This document shows, one piece after another, positions 59,112-64,000 of a stretch of DNA of 64,000 nucleotides (position 1 is the first letter of the stretch; every line of letters starts with the position of its first letter). The position numbers and the translations under genes are program-made. Origin of the DNA: a phage. Where the stretch lies: sequence record PZ452596.1, one strand, 5' to 3'. The notes below the pieces were generated by a model, which was given only the letters and a program-made list of their open reading frames with translations, searched no databases and was not told where the DNA came from.

Positions 59112-60658
59112 GTAACAATACATATCAGCACGTATCAAATGAATCAAAATATGTTAAATTCGATCCTACTGGATCGAATTTTCCTGACACTGTCACGACA
59201 GTGCAGTCTGCATTATCAAAAATAAGTAATATCGGCGTAAATGGTATTCCTGATGCAACTATGGAAGTTAAAGGAATAGCAATGATTGCGTCAGAGCAAG
59301 AGGTTTTAGATGGAACTAATAATTCTAAAATCGTTACACCAGCTACATTAGCAACAAGATTATTGTATCCAAATGCTACTGAAACTAAGTATGGTTTAAC
59401 GCGCTATTCAACAAATGAAGAAACATTAGAAGGCTCAGATAATAATTCATCAATAACGCCGCAAAAACTGAAATACCATACTGACGATGTGTTCCAAAAT
59501 AGATATTCGTCTGAGTCATCAAACGGGGTTATTAAAATATCATCTACACCTGCAGCTTTAGCTGGAGTTGATGATACTACGGCAATGACTCCACTGAAAA
59601 CACAAAAACTTGCAATAAAATTAATTTCACAAATAGCTCCTTCCGAAGATACTGCATCAGAATCTGTGAGAGGTGTAGTTCAATTATCTACTGTTGCGCA
59701 AACACGTCAAGGAACTCTCCGCGAAGGATATGCAATTTCTCCGTATACATTTATGAATTCTGTTGCAACACAAGAATATAAGGGCGTTATACGTTTAGGA
59801 ACACAATCGGAAATTAACAGTAATTTAGGAGATGTTGCAGTAACAGGTGAAACACTAAATGGTCGAGGAGCTACCGGTTCTATGCGTGGGGTAGTAAAAT
59901 TAACGACGCAAGCCGGTATTGCCCCTGAAGGTGATAGCTCTGGAGCATTAGCATGGAACGCAGATGTAATTAATACTCGTGGTGGACAAACTATTAATGG
60001 TTCTTTAAATTTAGACCATCTTACAGCAAACGGAATTTGGTCGCGCGGCGGAATGTGGAAAAATGGCGATCAACCTGTTGCCACTGAAAGATATGCGTCC
60101 GAAAGAGTTCCAGTTGGAACTATTATGATGTTTGCGGGTGATTCAGCACCTCCGGGTTGGATTATGTGCCACGGTGGAACAGTGTCAGGAGATCAATATC
60201 CTGATTATAGAAACACAGTTGGAACAAGATTTGGTGGTGATTGGAATAACCCTGGCATTCCTGATATGAGAGGTCTTTTTGTTAGAGGAGCTGGCACGGG
60301 CGGTCATATTTTAAATCAACGTGGACAAGATGGTTATGGGAAGGATAGACTTGGTGTAGGATGTGACGGAATGCATGTTGGTGGCGTTCAAGCACAACAA
60401 ATGTCATACCATAAACACGCTGGTGGTTGGGGGGAATATAACAGAAGTGAAGGTCCATTTGGCGCGTCCGTTTATCAAGGATATCTTGGAACTAGAAAAT
60501 ATTCCGACTGGGATAATGCTTCATACTTCACTAATGATGGATTTGAATTGGGTGGACCGAGAGATGCCCTTGGTACACTTAATCGTGAAGGATTAATTGG
60601 TTATGAAACTAGACCATGGAATATATCATTAAACTATATTATTAAAATTCATTACTAA
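59108..60658 (+). CDS. 12: Short tail fibre protein gp12
   Basis: 516-aa ORF; slightly shorter than the remembered T4 length. Confidence 0.85.
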   Translation: MSNNTYQHVSNESKYVKFDPTGSNFPDTVTTVQSALSKISNIGVNGIPDATMEVKGIAMIASEQEVLDGTNNSKIVTPATLATRLLYPNATETKYGLTRYSTNEETLEGSDNNSSITPQKLKYHTDDVFQNRYSSESSNGVIKISSTPAALAGVDDTTAMTPLKTQKLAIKLISQIAPSEDTASESVRGVVQLSTVAQTRQGTLREGYAISPYTFMNSVATQEYKGVIRLGTQSEINSNLGDVAVTGETLNGRGATGSMRGVVKLTTQAGIAPEGDSSGALAWNADVINTRGGQTINGSLNLDHLTANGIWSRGGMWKNGDQPVATERYASERVPVGTIMMFAGDSAPPGWIMCHGGTVSGDQYPDYRNTVGTRFGGDWNNPGIPDMRGLFVRGAGTGGHILNQRGQDGYGKDRLGVGCDGMHVGGVQAQQMSYHKHAGGWGEYNRSEGPFGASVYQGYLGTRKYSDWDNASYFTNDGFELGGPRDALGTLNREGLIGYETRPWNISLNYIIKIHY

Positions 60659-60667
60659 GGATTACAA

Positions 60668-62125
60668 ATGATTGAATTAAAAGAGTTACCTTTTGTTGAT
60701 AGCGTTCCTGGCGAAGGTCAGGAGCGTATTTCATGGATTAAAAATGGTGAAGAAATATTAGGAGCTAGTACTAAGTATGGAAACGATGGATCAATGAATA
60801 GACCAACTGTTTCCGTGTTTAAAAATGTTGAGGTTCTTGACGAAAATATAGGAATTCTTAAAACAGCATTAGAAACATCCCAGGAAGATATTAAAACCAT
60901 TCAGGGTATCTTAGATGTATCTGGTGATATAGAAGCTTTATCGCAAATAAGTATCAATAAAAAGGATATCACTGATCTTAAAACGCTTACGAGTGAACAT
61001 ACCGAAATATTAAATGGAACTAATAATACTGTCGATAGCATTCTTGCTGACATTGGTCCATTTAATTCGCAAGCAAATTCAGTTTATAGAACGATTAGAA
61101 ATGATTTGTTATGGATTAAAAGGGAATTAGGACAATATGCTGGGCAAGACATTAACGGTCTTCCTGTTGTAGGAAATAGCAGCACGGGTATGAAGCACCG
61201 TATCATTAATAATACAGATGCTATAACTTCCCAAGGAATACGTCTAAGTGATTTGGAAGAAAAATTTATTGAATCTGATGTAGGTTCACTGACAATTGAA
61301 GTCGGAAATCTTAGACAAGAACTTGGACAAAGACCATCTTCATTTAGTGAAAGCATATATTCACGTGTGCATAATTTAGATCAATCACAGATTAATCTTA
61401 GTTCCGAAATTAAATCTATCAAAACTTCTATTGGATATCCAGGAAATACTTCAATAATCACAGATGTTAACACTAATACACGAGAAATTTCAGCTTTAAA
61501 TGATGAACTAAATAAAAGCGGAGGTATTAAACAACGATTGACTGTCATTGAAACATCAATTGGCTCAGATGATATTCCTTCTAGTATTAAAGGTCAAATT
61601 AAAGATAATACCACATCAATTGAGTTTTTAAATGGAATTGTTGGTGAAAACACTTCATCTGGACTACGAGCAAATGTTTCATGGCTAAACCAAATCGTTG
61701 GAACTGATTCTAGTGGAGGTCAGCCTTCTCCTCCTGGGTCTCTTTTAAATAGGGTTTCAACTATTGAAACTTCCGTTAATAGATTGAACAATGATGTTCA
61801 AAACTTACAAGTTGAAATTGGTAATAACAATTCCGGAATTAAAGGACAAGTTGTAGCATTAAATAAATTAGTAAATGGAACAAATCCAAATGGTTCAACT
61901 GTCGAAGAACACGGATTGACTAATTCAATAAAAGCTAATGAGACTAACATTGCTTCAATTAATCAAGAAATGCGTAGTATTAAAAGTAATGTATCTTCAT
62001 TACAGGGGGATGTTCAGACTTTGCAGGAAGCAGGTTATATTCCTGAAGCTCCAAAAGATGGTCAAGCTTACGTTCGTAAAGACGGCGAATGGGTATTACT
62101 TTCTACCTTTTTATCACCAGCATAA
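60668..62125 (+). CDS. wac: Fibritin (whisker) Wac
   Basis: 485-aa ORF with heptad-rich coiled coil and C-terminal foldon [27 protein letters not shown]. Confidence 0.9.
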   Translation: MIELKELPFVDSVPGEGQERISWIKNGEEILGASTKYGNDGSMNRPTVSVFKNVEVLDENIGILKTALETSQEDIKTIQGILDVSGDIEALSQISINKKDITDLKTLTSEHTEILNGTNNTVDSILADIGPFNSQANSVYRTIRNDLLWIKRELGQYAGQDINGLPVVGNSSTGMKHRIINNTDAITSQGIRLSDLEEKFIESDVGSLTIEVGNLRQELGQRPSSFSESIYSRVHNLDQSQINLSSEIKSIKTSIGYPGNTSIITDVNTNTREISALNDELNKSGGIKQRLTVIETSIGSDDIPSSIKGQIKDNTTSIEFLNGIVGENTSSGLRANVSWLNQIVGTDSSGGQPSPPGSLLNRVSTIETSVNRLNNDVQNLQVEIGNNNSGIKGQVVALNKLVNGTNPNGSTVEEHGLTNSIKANETNIASINQEMRSIKSNVSSLQGDVQTLQEAGYIPEAPKDGQAYVRKDGEWVLLSTFLSPA

Positions 62126-62128
62126 CAT

Positions 62129-62144
62129 GGGGCCGCAAGGCCCC
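62129..62144 (+). other. Hairpin GGGGCC-GCAA-GGCCCC after wac
   Basis: Perfect inverted repeat with GNRA-type loop; no strong U-run. Confidence 0.4.
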
Positions 62145-62156
62145 AAAGGATTTTAA

Positions 62157-63858
<1,702 letters not shown>

Positions 63859-63899
63859 TAAATATTATAAACTAATTAAAGCCCAGATTAGGAGAAATC

Positions 63900-64000
63900 A
63901 TGTTTGGTTATTTTTATAATTCGTCTTTTAGACGATATGCTACCTTGATGGGCGATTTGTTTTCAAATATCCAAATCAAACGTCAGTTAGAATCTGGTGA
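63900..64000 (+). CDS. 15: Tail sheath stabiliser/terminator gp15, first ~33 codons (gene continues right of window)
   Basis: ATG at 63900 after RBS AGGAGAAA; MFGYFYNSSFRRYATLMGDLFSNIQIKRQLESG. Confidence 0.75.
   Translation, partial: MFGYFYNSSFRRYATLMGDLFSNIQIKRQLESG

Noticed and set aside
47335-61356. Minus-strand track ORFs inside the plus-strand baseplate/tail genes (e.g. 47335..47520, 49355..49549, 51151..51348, 55066..55401, 56660..56848 His-rich, 58709..58987, 61084..61356)
   Set aside because: Antisense to large conserved structural genes; no start signals; considered spurious.

Overview
This window is a 64-kb segment of a T4-like (Tevenvirinae) myovirus genome, colinear with the T4 region from gene 43 (DNA polymerase, 5' part only) to gene 15 (5' part only). 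All identifications rest on reading the sequence and ORF track against remembered T4 proteins and motifs; no database search was run. Positions 1-46462 are transcribed leftward (minus strand): replication/recombination genes (43, regA, 62, 44, 45, rpbA, 46, 47), a-gt, gp55, the anaerobic RNR module (nrdH/nrdG/nrdD, uninterrupted), endonuclease VII, nrdC, an ~11-kb block of small or uncharacterised early genes, rI, tk, regB, lysozyme e, nudE, a 10-tRNA array, internal-protein-like genes, 57B/57A and genes 1, 3, 2, 4. From 46510 onward genes are on the plus strand: baseplate/tail genes 53, 5, 5.4, 6-12, wac, 13, 14, 15. Divergent late promoters (TATAAATA) sit in the gene 4/53 gap. The phage is close to T4 but not T4 itself: lysozyme differs at a few residues, there are 10 rather than 8 tRNAs, and no nrdD intron, homing endonuclease or denV ORF was seen. 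The most interesting candidates for uncharacterised biology are an early operon ending in a Pol-beta/CD-NTase-like nucleotidyltransferase next to a P-loop ATPase, a four-gene paralogous family of coiled-coil-tailed proteins, a macro-domain protein, and a late internal-protein-like gene flanked by 36-bp direct repeats. Coordinates of CDSs come from the ORF track (starts adjusted in-frame where noted); coordinates of tRNAs, promoters, hairpins and sub-60-aa ORFs were read by eye and may be off by 1-2 nt.
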